Assembly (NCBI RefSeq): GCF_006345805.1
Contig: NW_021833421.1
Coordinates: forward strand, 11,801-75,800
Source of the DNA: Octopus sinensis
Lineage: Eukaryota
DNA length: 64,000 bases
Direction of reading: 5' to 3'
Below the pieces are notes generated by a model, which saw only the letters and a list, made by a program, of their open reading frames with translations, did not search any database and had not been told where the DNA came from. The position numbers and the translations under genes are program-made. Below are positions 1-11,545 of this stretch, one piece after another. How positions within the stretch are numbered: position 1 is the stretch's first letter; the number at the start of each line of letters is the position of its first letter.

Positions 1-300
1 TAAATTAAGTTTGAGACTTGAATCAAAGACAGCTCTGTGAATTCTTCTGGATGCTTCACAGAAAGATGTTTCTTCAATACAACGAATGGGATTTCGACTC
101 AGACTTATTTACAATTATCTATGCTTGATAGATAATATTTGTAGAACTACTTTTTACTTTTTTTCTATACAAACCAAATGTTCGATTATGATCTGCTTAA
201 TCGAATTAAAGTTCATATTCTAAATGTTGTTTGATAGCAAAGTTTGAAAAATCAGTTCTCATCATGTAAAGATTCTGTGTGATTTGGTACTATTTCTGGT
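1..300 (-). pseudogene. Continuation of the same hAT transposase fossil, running off the window start
   Basis: Minus strand gives IIEHL..., a degenerate WVRNPF-like motif and EEFTELSFDSSLK, matching the segment downstream of the catalytic core. Confidence 0.55.
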
Positions 301-316
301 GAAAACAGCATACTTG

Positions 317-543
317 TTTTCTTTTGTTACTATATTTATTTTGAGATGCTCTGTGTTTCTTTCAATTATTTTAAATACAACAAAGAATTTAGTAAAATAA
401 CTTAGTCATCATTAAGCTAGTGTTAGGAACATAAATTGCGTATAAGATTTGGCGGAAGATTTTAATTCAAAACTTCTGAAAACAAGATATTCGTACTAAA
501 GAGCCAGAGCCGGTTTCAGCCGGGTTGGTAACGAAAGGGTTAA
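317..543. mobile_element. piggyBac-like MITE nested in the hAT fossil
   Basis: Right end gtaacgaaaggg-TTAA (TTAA at 540-543); degenerate left TIR cttttgttac at 321-330; interrupts the hAT frame just after LLHIEVQLLS. Confidence 0.65.
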
Positions 544-1405
544 AGAAAAAAATCTACTCGTCGGCTGACAGCAATTGCACTTCTATATGCAGTAAAACTT
601 ACTGAACTCGGGTGCCATAGCTTCACGAAGAGACGTTAATTCGATGTGTGACTTTAAAAAAGAATTGCTGATCATTTTAACCACATCATGTATTAGAGCT
701 CTTAGCTCTGAAGAAACAAATTCTAGTCACTCGTGTCGCTCGAGGAATCAAGCAATGACTGAATGTCGAGGCGTATCAGTCCAAGAGTTAACTTTATTAT
801 GAACGCCTACGGATTTTCCTGTCACAACTACTACAATACGAACAGTTGAATTTGCAATGTCGGTCGATTCATCCATCTAAACTGTAAATATAAAATAATT
901 CTTTCAACAAGTTGCGCAAATTTTTATGGCTAATTTCTACAGTTGTTTTACATACTGTGTCACCTGAGAGATGAAGTTTTCTTACTTTATCCGTATAGGT
1001 CTTTCTTTGAATAATTTATGTGGTTTTGTCTACCGCTGGCAAATGCAAGCTCTCCGCCAGTCGTAAATGCGTGGTTTCTTAGCTTTTGTAATCTAAGTAT
1101 GAGGCTTCATATGATGCTCTCAAATATTTTTCTTGAAAACCAGTGTGTGCTTTCTCAAGAAACTGTTTTTATACGTTCGAAGATATCAGAAATCTTTAAA
1201 AAAAACAACAAAAAACCCAAAAAACAAAACCTTTTGCAAGTATATGGAGCATGTGTTGTATCACGATTGCTTTTTAATTTAATAGGTTTCACGTTTTCAT
1301 TCACCAAGCATTCGTTACAAATTAAGATGAGTGGATGGCACACTTGAAGCCTATGAGCAAAAAACTGAATCCCTTTTGCAACAGAAGATTCCTTGTACTT
1401 CCTCC
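544..1405 (-). pseudogene. hAT Charlie/Buster-type transposase fossil, N-terminal and central part
   Basis: Minus-strand frameshifted translation gives RKYKE..ICNECLVNENVKPIKLK (BED-like finger), YLRASYEASYL-ITKAKKP, (Q)MDESTDIAN, ELRALIHDVVKMI and LLHIEVQLLS, collinear with Charlie/ZBED5-type motifs (LQLDESTD, LLHTEVRWLS). Many stops and indels. Confidence 0.85.
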
Positions 1406-2772
1406 CTCACCACTCGTTTTTGCTTCTTTTTTTTTAAAGCAAAAGATTTTTCAAAATAAGAAATATTGAATTTCTAAATCTCTCGTAGAGACATGTACGG
1501 TGGTGGGGCGATAGAATGGTTGTATACTGTCAATCTAACAAGAACGTGACAGTAGGGGGTACACCACCGCTGTATAGCCCTAGGAAGCATCGAACGCCTC
1601 CTGATGGCTTTGACACATTTTTCCTGTGTCCTTATATACATATACGAAGGGGAGACAAACACCCCTTCAGTTTCTACTTGTAAACCCTCGTTCCTATTCC
1701 CTTCACTGCATCCAGGTGCTGCAAAAACTATTAGTTGAGCTTTGTTTTCTTCGTAATAAATTTAAGCGTTTATCCAAAGAAAGGTATATTCAGTTCTATG
1801 CAGTAAAGAAATTAACAAATATTTTGAAAACAACTGTAAAATAACCTGAAACAATAGCTGACGTAAGTTAGCCAAGACGAAATTTATATTTATAAATATT
1901 TGAACTGTATAATAAATTCAAAATTAAAAACTTTAGAATGTGTCGTTTTTATTGAATTAATTTCATGTAATTTAAAGTTACTTTGTAAAATGGGGGGAAA
2001 AAAATGTATGATCATTTGTTAGCTTTGGAATAAATTACATACTTGAGATTATTATTGTACTTGTTAGTACTATAATAATGTCAACAAGTGCACACTTTAC
2101 TACCAATGTACTATATATTTCAGGATTGGCTATTCAAAATCGTGGTTGTAAACACACAATGTATGAATAACATTCTCAAAAACCACTGACTTTATTTAAT
2201 ACAGTTAAACCAGTTACGGTGAGGAGAGAGCGGATACACTGCACCGGACGGCGCTTTTACGAGATTAGCATTTTGGGGATTTACTGTATAAACTTGTATA
2301 GGGGCCTTAAACTAAAGAGCTGCCCCACGTGGTACGGACTCTAGTTGTGCCACTGCTGTTAATAGTCGTGCGAATGCATGGCCCGGAGAAGCAAGTTTCA
2401 CAAGACACAACATCAAGTATATAACGAATCATTATAAAATCAAAATTTCAAAAATGACTATCGATAACAAAATATATAACTTAAGTGCCCCAGGCATTGA
2501 GGGGTACTCTATCTATCGACTCATCATGGACGAAAAGCAAAGCTGATCTCGGTAGGATTCGTGTACACACGTGGTTTGATCAATAAGTATCCGGACTGTT
2601 GCTATGGTAACGAAGCTAAAGCACGCAGAGTAAAGCCGCTTGGCCCAGGTTGACTTTGAACTCTACTGTGCAAGTGCATTAAGTTTTAACATTCTAGCTC
2701 ACTTCCACTGTTTACAGCAGTGCTTGGAAGGAAGGTGTGTAGCGTGTGATTGTCGCATTGACAATGACAGAA

Positions 2773-2952
2773 GAAGTTGAGTGAGAGAAAGTTGTGGTGA
2801 AAGAGTACAGCAGGGTTCACCAACACCCTCTGCCGGAGCCTCGTGGAGCTTTAGGTGTTTTTGCTCAATAAACACTCACAATGCCCGGTCTGGGAATCGA
2901 AACCGCTATCCTCCGACCGCGAGTCCGCTGCCCTAACCACTGGGCCATTGCG
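2773..2952 (-). mobile_element. tRNA-derived SINE, family B, 5' part
   Basis: Head gcgcaatggcccagtggttagggcagcggactcgcgg with A/B boxes; matches copies at 12983 and 51951-52264. Confidence 0.85.
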
Positions 2953-3019
2953 CGTACACAAGTTTCTTCTACACACACTAAAATAAATAAATAAATGAAT
3001 AAATATATAAATAAATAAA

Positions 3020-3350
3020 TAAATGGTATTCCGTCGGTTGCGATGACGATGATTTCACTTGATCCAATCAAAGGAACAGCCTGCTCGTGAAATTAACATG
3101 TAAGTGGCTGAGTATTCCACAGACACGCGTACCTTTGGCGTAATTCTCAGCAAGGTTCAGCCTGAAACAGAATGCGACAAGGCTGGCCCTTTGGATTACA
3201 TGTACGACTCATTTTTGCCAGCTGAGTGAACGGGAGGAGCTTGGAATAGAGTGCCTTGCTGAAGGGAATAATACACCAACTGGGAATCGAACTCACGACC
3301 TTACGATCTTGAGCCGATTACACTAACAACTAAAGTACGCATCTTCGCTC
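3020..3350 (-). mobile_element. tRNA-derived SINE with family F-like CORE head and family B-like tail
   Basis: Head resembles the 38834/39487 copies; 3' part cacgttaatttcacgagcaggctgttcc matches the 12983 copy; adjacent (TAAA)n at about 2985-3022. Confidence 0.7.
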
Positions 3351-3589
3351 AATACTCACTAAAACTTCTGAAAAGTACATAATATGCATTTAACACAGAT
3401 GCATGATGGCTGTGTGGTTAAAGAGTTCACTTAACAACCACAAGGTTTTTGGTTTTGATGCCACTGCGCGGTAATTTGGGAACGTGTCTTTTACCATAAT
3501 TTTGAGTTGACCAATGTCGTGTAATTAGAATTTTAGCAAGCGGAGACTTGGCGAGAAATTGCCGTGCTGCTTGTTTGTGCGCGCGCACG

Positions 3590-3731
3590 CGTGTGTGTAT
3601 GTGTGTGTGTGGTGTGTGTGTGTATGTATGTATGTATATATGTATGTATGTATGTATGTATGAATGTATGTATGTATGTATCTATCTATCTATATATATA
3701 TACATACATGCGCGCGTGCACACACTCACAC

Positions 3732-3792
<61 letters not shown>

Positions 3793-3835
3793 CGCACACA
3801 CACACGCACACACACACACACCACGCACACACATA
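3590..3835. repeat. Compound (TG)n/(TATG)n/(CA)n microsatellite
   Basis: Seen directly. Confidence 0.95.
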
Positions 3836-4650
3836 CACCACCGCAATATATTCTTTCTGAAGCTCTTACAATTTTGCCAATTTTCTGCCTTTTTGCCTTT
3901 TGATTTCTGATTTGAGCCCAAGGCAAACAAGACATTAGCCCTTACCGTCGGACCCCGTAGATGACAGGTACTTTTTTTTACCGGCCACGAAAGAAGAAAA
4001 GGTAAAGTCGACCTCAGCGGGATTTGAACTCAGAATATAGAGAGTCAGTACAAATACCACAATGCTTTTACCGCCACTTTAATAGAGGTCTGGTACGTTA
4101 CCTCATATTTCATGACAAAATATCCCTTTGTGTCTAAGACTTAACGTTATCATAGCTTCTAATACTGACACAAGGGCCACAGACTTTGGAGAAAGAATGT
4201 GGATTTGATACCTAACAGTTACTTTGTTTTATAGAACCCGAGGCAAAATCAACATTGGAGAGTTTCGAATTGAGAACGTAAAGGGGCGTAACTAAATACT
4301 ACAAGGTATTTTATTACGTATTCTAACGATTCTGTTACTCCAACATCCTCATCACATCTTTTCAGATTGAAGCTTTTATGTGACGATATGTATATATGTG
4401 ACTGAAAAATATCCGTTTGTTTTTTTTATCGCCGTCTCTAGCTAAATCAAAACACTCATTGCTCTTGACGGCAACTACCAAACTGAAGTAGCGGTTCCCG
4501 TGCTGTAGTTCAACCACCAAATAAAATAGAAAATGCAAAGCCGGAAAAAAAGAGGAGAGAGAGAGAGAGAGGGAGAGAAGAAAATCGATCCCAGGACTTG
4601 ATTGGTATTTTTTTAATGACCTTATAAAGATAAAAAGTAATGTTAATTCA

Positions 4651-4947
4651 GTTGTGTCTGGGGAGAGTCATTTTCTTTTTGTGCCTTTATAATGTAACAT
4701 ATTCACCGGTAAAATTTCCACTTATTTCTTATTTTTATTGTCCTAAAATTTTCGTTGTGCCTTGCAACCTTTTCAATAATCTTGACTCTCGAGAGTCAAG
4801 ACTATTGAAAAGGTCAAGACTAATGAAAAGGTTGCAAGACGCAACGAAAATTTTAGGAAAATAAATATAAGAAATAAGTGGAAACTTTACCGGTGAGTGT
4901 GTTGCATTATAAGGCACTAAAAGAAAATGACTCTCCCCAGACACAAC
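4651..4947. repeat. Near-perfect ~300-bp palindrome (fold-back element), Penelope pLTR-like
   Basis: gttgtgtctggggagagtcattttc...gaaaatgactctccccagacacaac with loopless centre cttgactctc|gagagtcaag at 4790/4791; a single arm recurs at 47385-47525. Confidence 0.85.
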
Positions 4948-5588
4948 AGAATATGCTCCAACACACGAACTCACATAAAGAATCTTGCAAACCAAATCCC
5001 AAAAGGAAAAGTAATGTTAAGTTTGATGGGATTTGAACTCAGAGCATAGAGAACAGCAGCAAATTCAGCGAGAGGTTCTACCCGTTGTTCTAACAACATG
5101 ATTACACATAGCCGTCATCTTTACACACTTCCATCAAAGAATTACCATTTTAGGTTCTATTCGATTAATGAAATGCTTATGTCTTTTTCCATAGAGAAAC
5201 AAATTCAACGTGAAATCTAACGCAAATATCTGTCAAACCTAACGTAATTAGTGCTAATGATAATTGTCAGTTTTTTTCTCTCTCTCGACACACACACGTA
5301 TACGTATGTTTTGTTTCTAAGAAGAAAGCGAGAACAAATACAATATTATTCCACAGCCTTCCTCTTTGCACGCCGTCACTTTGTGATACGATAAAGGCAT
5401 GACGCAATCACTTGTTTCAGTTCGACTCCCACACAGTGTCAAAAAACAGACTGACGAGTAAAAGGATATGTGTATGTATGTGTGTGTGTGTGTGTGTATC
5501 TGTGTGTGTGTATCTGTGTGTGTGCATCTGTGTGTGTATGTGTGTGTGTTTGTCTAACAGCTCACAAAGGCAAATAGGAAGAAACTGA

Positions 5589-6013
5589 AGATCTTTTCGG
5601 TTTGAACGGCAGTTTTCAACATTAATTTCTAGGTAACTAAAAAATTTTAAACTTCGTATACTAGTAGAATGTGTCTATAAAACATCGTTTCCTCTCGGCC
5701 TTATTGAGAAAATTCTATAGTTTGAAAGATATTTGTTGTTTTTTTTCTTCAATTTCTGCAATTTCAACCAATCACTGACGTCTATTGAGGAAAAAAAAAC
5801 ATTCTGTGCCGTATGAATATGTCCCTCGTTTAAGAAACAGATTGGGTTTATTTACATTTCTGAAGAAAAAAAGATACCCTTCTCCCCACCCCTAACCCTA
5901 ACCCTAACTAACACTAACCCTAAATGCAATAGATCGATACTAGGGTCATAATTATGGGTGACAATTTCATATGACATCGTTAGAAAAAACTGCCGTTCAA
6001 ACCGAAAAGATCC
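5589..6013. mobile_element. MITE with ~28-bp TIRs (GGATCTTTTCGGTTTGAACGGCAG) and internal (CCCTAA)n
   Basis: TIRs at both ends; telomere-like array at about 5888-5922; full second copy at 29959-30384. Confidence 0.9.
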
Positions 6014-6109
6014 GAAAACTGAAAATAGTCACCTTGTTAGTCTATGAATAAAAACATTGCAACTGACCCTCGTAAACGGAGACATTGTTGTATGATCGTT
6101 AGTAATGTA

Positions 6110-6331
6110 AAGGCGGCGACCCAGCAGAATCGTTAGCACACCGGACAAGAATGTCCAAAGACATTTTCTCCGTCTTTAAGCTCTGAGTTCAAACTCCGTT
6201 GAGTTTACCTTTCATCCTTTGGTGTCGATAAACTAAGTGCAAGTTGATAACTGGGGCCAATATCATCGTTTAGCCCCCACCCTCACCCCATAAGATTTCC
6301 GGCCTTGGGCCAATAGTAGAAAGGATTATTA
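6110..6331 (+). mobile_element. tRNA-derived SINE, family D, degenerate
   Basis: aaggcggcga..cagaatcgttagc head and ctgagttcaaa..cctttcatccttt..gtcgataaa core. Confidence 0.75.
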
Positions 6332-6534
6332 GAAATGAATGCATTTCGCAAGCAACACCAAAGACCCAGACTCACACGTTTGTTTCATCGAGTGTGATGG
6401 GATTTAAGAGAAAACAACAACAACAACAACAGAGCATAACTCAGTATCAAGGACATTTGTCACAACTGTTCTCGAGAGCCTATACGCTGTTATTTCCGTT
6501 ACATCAGCCCGTCTTCTGGGCGCCAAGTAAAACT

Positions 6535-7154
6535 GGTTTCAAATTTTAGAACAACGCTAGCAATTTCGGGGAAGGAGAATAGTCAATAGATCGACCCCCG
6601 TGCTCAACCAGTACTTATTTTATCAACCCCGAAAGTTGAGAGGTAAAGTCGGCTTCGGCGGAATTTGAATTCAGAACGCAAAGTCGGACGAAATGCCTCA
6701 AAGCATTTTGCCCGGCATGCTAAAAACAATTCTGCCAAGAAAGGAAATAATAATTTTGTTTTTCTGATAAAGGCATAAGGCCTGGAATTTTTGGGGAAGG
6801 GTTTAAGTCGATAAAATTGACTCCAGTGTTTCACTGGTACTTAATTTATCGACCCCCGAAAGGTAAAATCAACCTCAGCGGAATCTGAACTTGGAACGTA
6901 GCTTCAGGAGAAATATCTATTTCTTTACAACCCACAAGGGGCTAAACACAGAGGGGACAAACAAGGACAGACAAACGGATTAAGTCGATTACATCGATCC
7001 CAGTGCGTAACTGGTACTTATTTAATCGACCCCGAAAGGATGAAAGGCAAAGTCGACCTCGGCGGAATTTGAACTCAGAACGTAGCGACAGATGAAATAC
7101 TGCTAAGCATTTCGCCCGGCGCCCTAACGTTTCTGTCACTGGGCCATCGCGCCT

Positions 7155-7158
<4 letters not shown>
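6535..7158 (-). mobile_element. Family D SINE cluster: one old copy plus a head-to-tail dimer with a chimeric head
   Basis: Three successive cores of type atcgaccccgaaaggatgaaaggcaaagtcgacctcggcggaatttgaactcagaacg. The central domain resembles the Deu/Nin-type SINE domain (from memory). Confidence 0.85.
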
Positions 7159-7191
<33 letters not shown>

Positions 7192-7224
7192 AATATAAAG
7201 TCAATTCAAATAAACAATCAGTTC

Positions 7225-7395
7225 AAAGGAATGAATGATAATAAACTTCACAGACAACAAAAAGACGTGCACAAGAAATGTATTTGCTTGACACTCAGTA
7301 AAAAGAGAGAGTTTGATGTTTCGAGCATAGCTCTTCGTCGCGAAAGGAAAAAGGGAAAATTCTAAAGAAGGAAAACAAGTCGCCAATAGCACGTG
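7225..7395 (-). mobile_element. Penelope-like short element with a degenerate hammerhead (7311-7346)
   Basis: Minus strand tttc-GCGACGA-A-GAGC-TAT-GCTC-GAAA-CAT-C-AAAC; flanks resemble the 19577 element. Confidence 0.55.
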
Positions 7396-7416
7396 TGCAG
7401 TTACATTGCTGAAGTG

Positions 7417-7447
<31 letters not shown>

Positions 7448-7963
7448 TATATAACTACATACATTCATTCATAAGTGCGTAGACTGGTTTTCGTACAGTT
7501 TCTGTCCATCAAATTTCACTCAAAAGGCATTAGTCTCTCCGTATCTATAGAAAATCATTCTCCACGAGACCCCTTTGTTGCGAAATAAACTTCTTAACCA
7601 CACAGCTATACTTACAATATGGGGTGAGGATAGCGTAGAATTTTGAAATTTTTTGGAACAAATTCAAAGGAACTTTGCCAGGTTTACATTCTCAGACTGG
7701 TAACGCAAAAGCCATCTGATCGAAGAAATATCAAATGCCCTTCCAAAGGCGTCTCCCTGCAGTCATTCTGCTTCCTAGAAATATCAGCTAAATTTCAGTC
7801 ATGCTATCTTAAAAGGTGCTGGTGGGGATATTGGATTATGTGGCTCTCTAGATAACATACCATGGAACAGGAGAGAATCGTCAAGGTTGGAGCGCATTTA
7901 AATTATAGTTTTGCACGATGGGAACTGACCTGCTGTTAAACGGTACCAATACCAGAAGACATT

Positions 7964-8371
7964 ACTCTTTACTCTTTTACATGTTTCAGTCATTTGACTG
8001 CGGCCATGCTGGTGCACCGCCTTTAATCGAGCAACTCGACCCGGGACTTATTCTTTTGTAAGCCCAGTAATTATTCTATCGGTCTCTTTTGCCGAACTGC
8101 TAAGTAACGGGGACATAAACACACCAGCATCGGTTGTCAAGCGATGTTGGGGGGACAAACACAGACACACAAACACACACACGCATACATATATATACAT
8201 ATATACGACGGGCTTCTTTCAGTTTCCGTCTACCAAATCCACTCACAAGGCTTTGGTCGGCCCGAAGTGTCTTAGTAAAAGACACTTGCCCAAGGTGCCG
8301 CGCAGTGAGACTGAACCCGGAACCATGTGGTTGGTAAACAAGCTACTTACCACACAGCCACTCCTGCGCCT
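7964..8371 (-). mobile_element. tRNA-derived CORE-like SINE, family A, full length
   Basis: Head aggcgcaggagtggctgtgtggtaag, CORE-like gcaccttgggcaagtgtctt, internal microsatellite, tail tgactgaaaca+(gtaaaaga)n; near-identical copies at 16258 and 28895. Confidence 0.92.
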
Positions 8372-9380
8372 TTGCTATACGTTGAAATGTTTCGTAAATA
8401 TGACCTTATGGTTGTTTACACCCTTGGAATTGTTTTATCATAGACCACGTTTCACTGACCAGGAAAGGGACAGAATGTTCAATCCAAGCATTAAGGAAAG
8501 ATATTCACGTATCATAGTTATTGCTATCATACCAAAAGCAGCTCCTAGTGCAAAGCTTAATTTAGACCCGTTCCCTAGTATTAAATCTGCTTTTCTCTGT
8601 ACCTTATATTTATACTTATGTTATTTTTGTAGCTGTAATTGACTAAGAAGGAATTCGATCCTAGATCATGTGTTTGGAATAGAAGCATCTACATCTAAAT
8701 CCACAAAAACTGTTAAGTTCACTCCGTATTAAAACACACACACACAAATAAAAACTGTTAACATCATTTCGTATTCATTTTCTTCTCAAGTGCTGTGCAA
8801 TTGTCTAGATCTTAGAGATGCGATGAAAACTTTTTACCACCTCATGTAATTAACGGGATTTGAAATTTTTATAATTTTATAATTTCTGCGTGTTTTTAGT
8901 TAGCTAAAATTGCCCTTCCAAGGTGTAATTGTATCGTTATTTTTGTTTACTGCTTTGTCAAAGAAGAAGGGTAGCATCAATAAACTTTCTCAGGGTCACT
9001 GAGATGGGTTCCAGTGGGGGGGGGGGGGGCGGACAGGGTGGAATAATTTCAACTGATGGGCACTATATCAGAAAGCTGAATATCAAAATGTTGGGCTCAA
9101 TCCAGAACCAAAGACCTGGCCGGAATAATAGTTAATAGAGTGGACTTCGCTAAGGGCAACCAGAAGCCAGGTGCTGGTTGTTAAACTGGACGACAGATTA
9201 GGTCTAGCGCTCAAATAAACATTTCTTATATTTGAATAATACTGTTGTTCATTCTTTTCTTCATATATTTTATATTTTATTATATAATTAGTAATTTTTT
9301 CTCACATAACTTCAACTATTTTTACCTTTATAAAATTATAGCTTGTAATCTACTTATCATTTACTGCCAAAATACTATCC

Positions 9381-9490
<110 letters not shown>

Positions 9491-9912
9491 TCATCTAGAT
9501 ATCTAGCAAAATTCCTATCCATATGTCTATCTATCTATGTGTGTGTGTGTGTGAGTGTGTGTGTCCATATATCTAATTACATATTTATAATCTATCTCTG
9601 TCTCTCTCTCTTGCTATATATATATATATACTCTCTCATACACACACACACACACACACACCCTTATACATACTGATACATACTAATACATACACCAACC
9701 GTATACATACACACGTCCAGACCTCTCCTACGCACTCATAGCTGGTCATTCAACCCTATTATCAACCCTATTATCTCCCCTTATTTCACTCTCGCGTCTC
9801 ATGTTTGATCTTTGACCTCTGGCCGAAATCAGATCGCCATGTTGATTCGTTAGTTACTGCACGCATTTTTTTTTCTCTCCTTCTTTCTGTGTTTATTTTT
9901 TCTCTCTGTGTA

Positions 9913-9950
9913 TCTTTCTGTTGAAGAGCGTAGGCTCGAAACGTTAAAGA
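9913..9950 (+). ncRNA. Minimal type I hammerhead-like motif, variant core (copy 1)
   Basis: TCTTT-CTGTTGA-A-GAGC(GTAG)GCTC-GAAA-CGT-T-AAAGA: stem I TCTTT/AAAGA, stem II GAGC/GCTC, palindromic ACGT in place of stem III. Confidence 0.7.
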
Positions 9951-10045
9951 CTTGTTTTATTTATATTTCCTGAGCGCCATACTAATACAATTGTTTGTTT
10001 GTTTTCCACCTGCCTTCGTCTTTTGTCTATTTTCATAAAGTTCCC

Positions 10046-10104
<59 letters not shown>

Positions 10105-10470
10105 AGTGTGTGTGTCCATATATCTAATTACATATTTATAATCTATCTCTGTCTCTCTCTCTTGCTATATATATATATATATATATATACTCTCTCATAC
10201 ACACACACACACACACACACCCTTATACATACTGATACATACTAATACATACACCAACCGTATACATACACACGTCCAGACCTCTCCTACGCACTCATAG
10301 CTGGTCATTCAACCCTATTATCAACCCTATTATCTCCCCTTATTTCACTCTCGCGTCTCATGTTTGATCTTTGACCTCTGGCCGAAATCAGATCGCCATG
10401 TTGATTCGTTAGTTACTGCACGCATTTTTTTTCTCTCCTTCTTTCTGTGTTTATTTTTTCTCTCTGTGTA

Positions 10471-10508
10471 TCTTTCTGTTGAAGAGCGTAGGCTCGAAAC
10501 GTTAAAGA
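10471..10508 (+). ncRNA. Minimal hammerhead-like motif, variant core (copy 2)
   Basis: Identical to 9913-9950. Confidence 0.7.
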
Positions 10509-10606
10509 CTTGTTTTATTTATATTTCCTGAGCGCCATACTAATACAATTGTTTGTTTGTTTCCCACCTGCCTTCGTCTTTTGTCTATTTTCATAAAGCT
10601 TCCCGT

Positions 10607-10661
<55 letters not shown>

Positions 10662-10880
10662 CAGTGGTAATTACTGGTATTTAAGCCAGGGCATGCCGTG
10701 TTTTAAAGCTGTAATTGTAGCAATGAGCACATGACATGTCTCTATCTTCTTTCCAATTGTCTCTCATAAAAATGAAACATTTATATTAAATAAGAAAACA
10801 AGGTATTTTCTTATTTCCATTTATTTATATAATTCAGGCGTGCACTGCGTTCTATGAATTAATGCAGGATATGCCACTGA

Positions 10881-11016
10881 TTACATACGTACGTACGTAC
10901 GTACATACATACATACATACATACATACATACATACATACATACATACATACATACATACATACATACATACATACTTACATACATACATACATACATAC
11001 ATACATTCATACATAC

Positions 11017-11047
<31 letters not shown>

Positions 11048-11285
11048 CATACATACATACTTACATACATACATACATACATACATACATTCATACATAC
11101 ATTTATACATACATACATACATACATACATTCATACATACATACATACATACATACATACATACATACATTCATACATACATACATACATACATACATAC
11201 ATACATACATACATACATACATACATACATTCATACATACATACATACATACATACCTGCATACATACATGCATACATACATACA

Positions 11286-11319
<34 letters not shown>

Positions 11320-11483
11320 CATACATGCATGCATGTATACATACACACATACATACATACATATATACATACATACATACATACATTCATTCATACATAC
11401 ATACATTCATACATACATATATACATACATACACACATACATACGTACATACATACATACATACATTCATACATACATACATT

Positions 11484-11515
<32 letters not shown>

Positions 11516-11545
11516 CATACATACATACATGCATACATACACGTA
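10881..11545. repeat. Long (TACA)n tetranucleotide array
   Basis: Seen directly; about 660 bp with TTCA/CTTA variants. Confidence 0.95.

Larger units (their letters stand above)
9538..10627 (+). repeat. Direct tandem duplication, ~558-bp period, each unit carrying a hammerhead-bearing Penelope-like element
   Basis: Units about 9538-10087 and 10088-10627 are almost identical apart from microsatellite length and a few bases. Confidence 0.93.

Noticed and set aside
7640-7900. Peptide ILKGAGGDIGL resembling an Academ-type transposase motif
   Set aside because: A single short motif flanked by stops; cannot be supported without a profile search.
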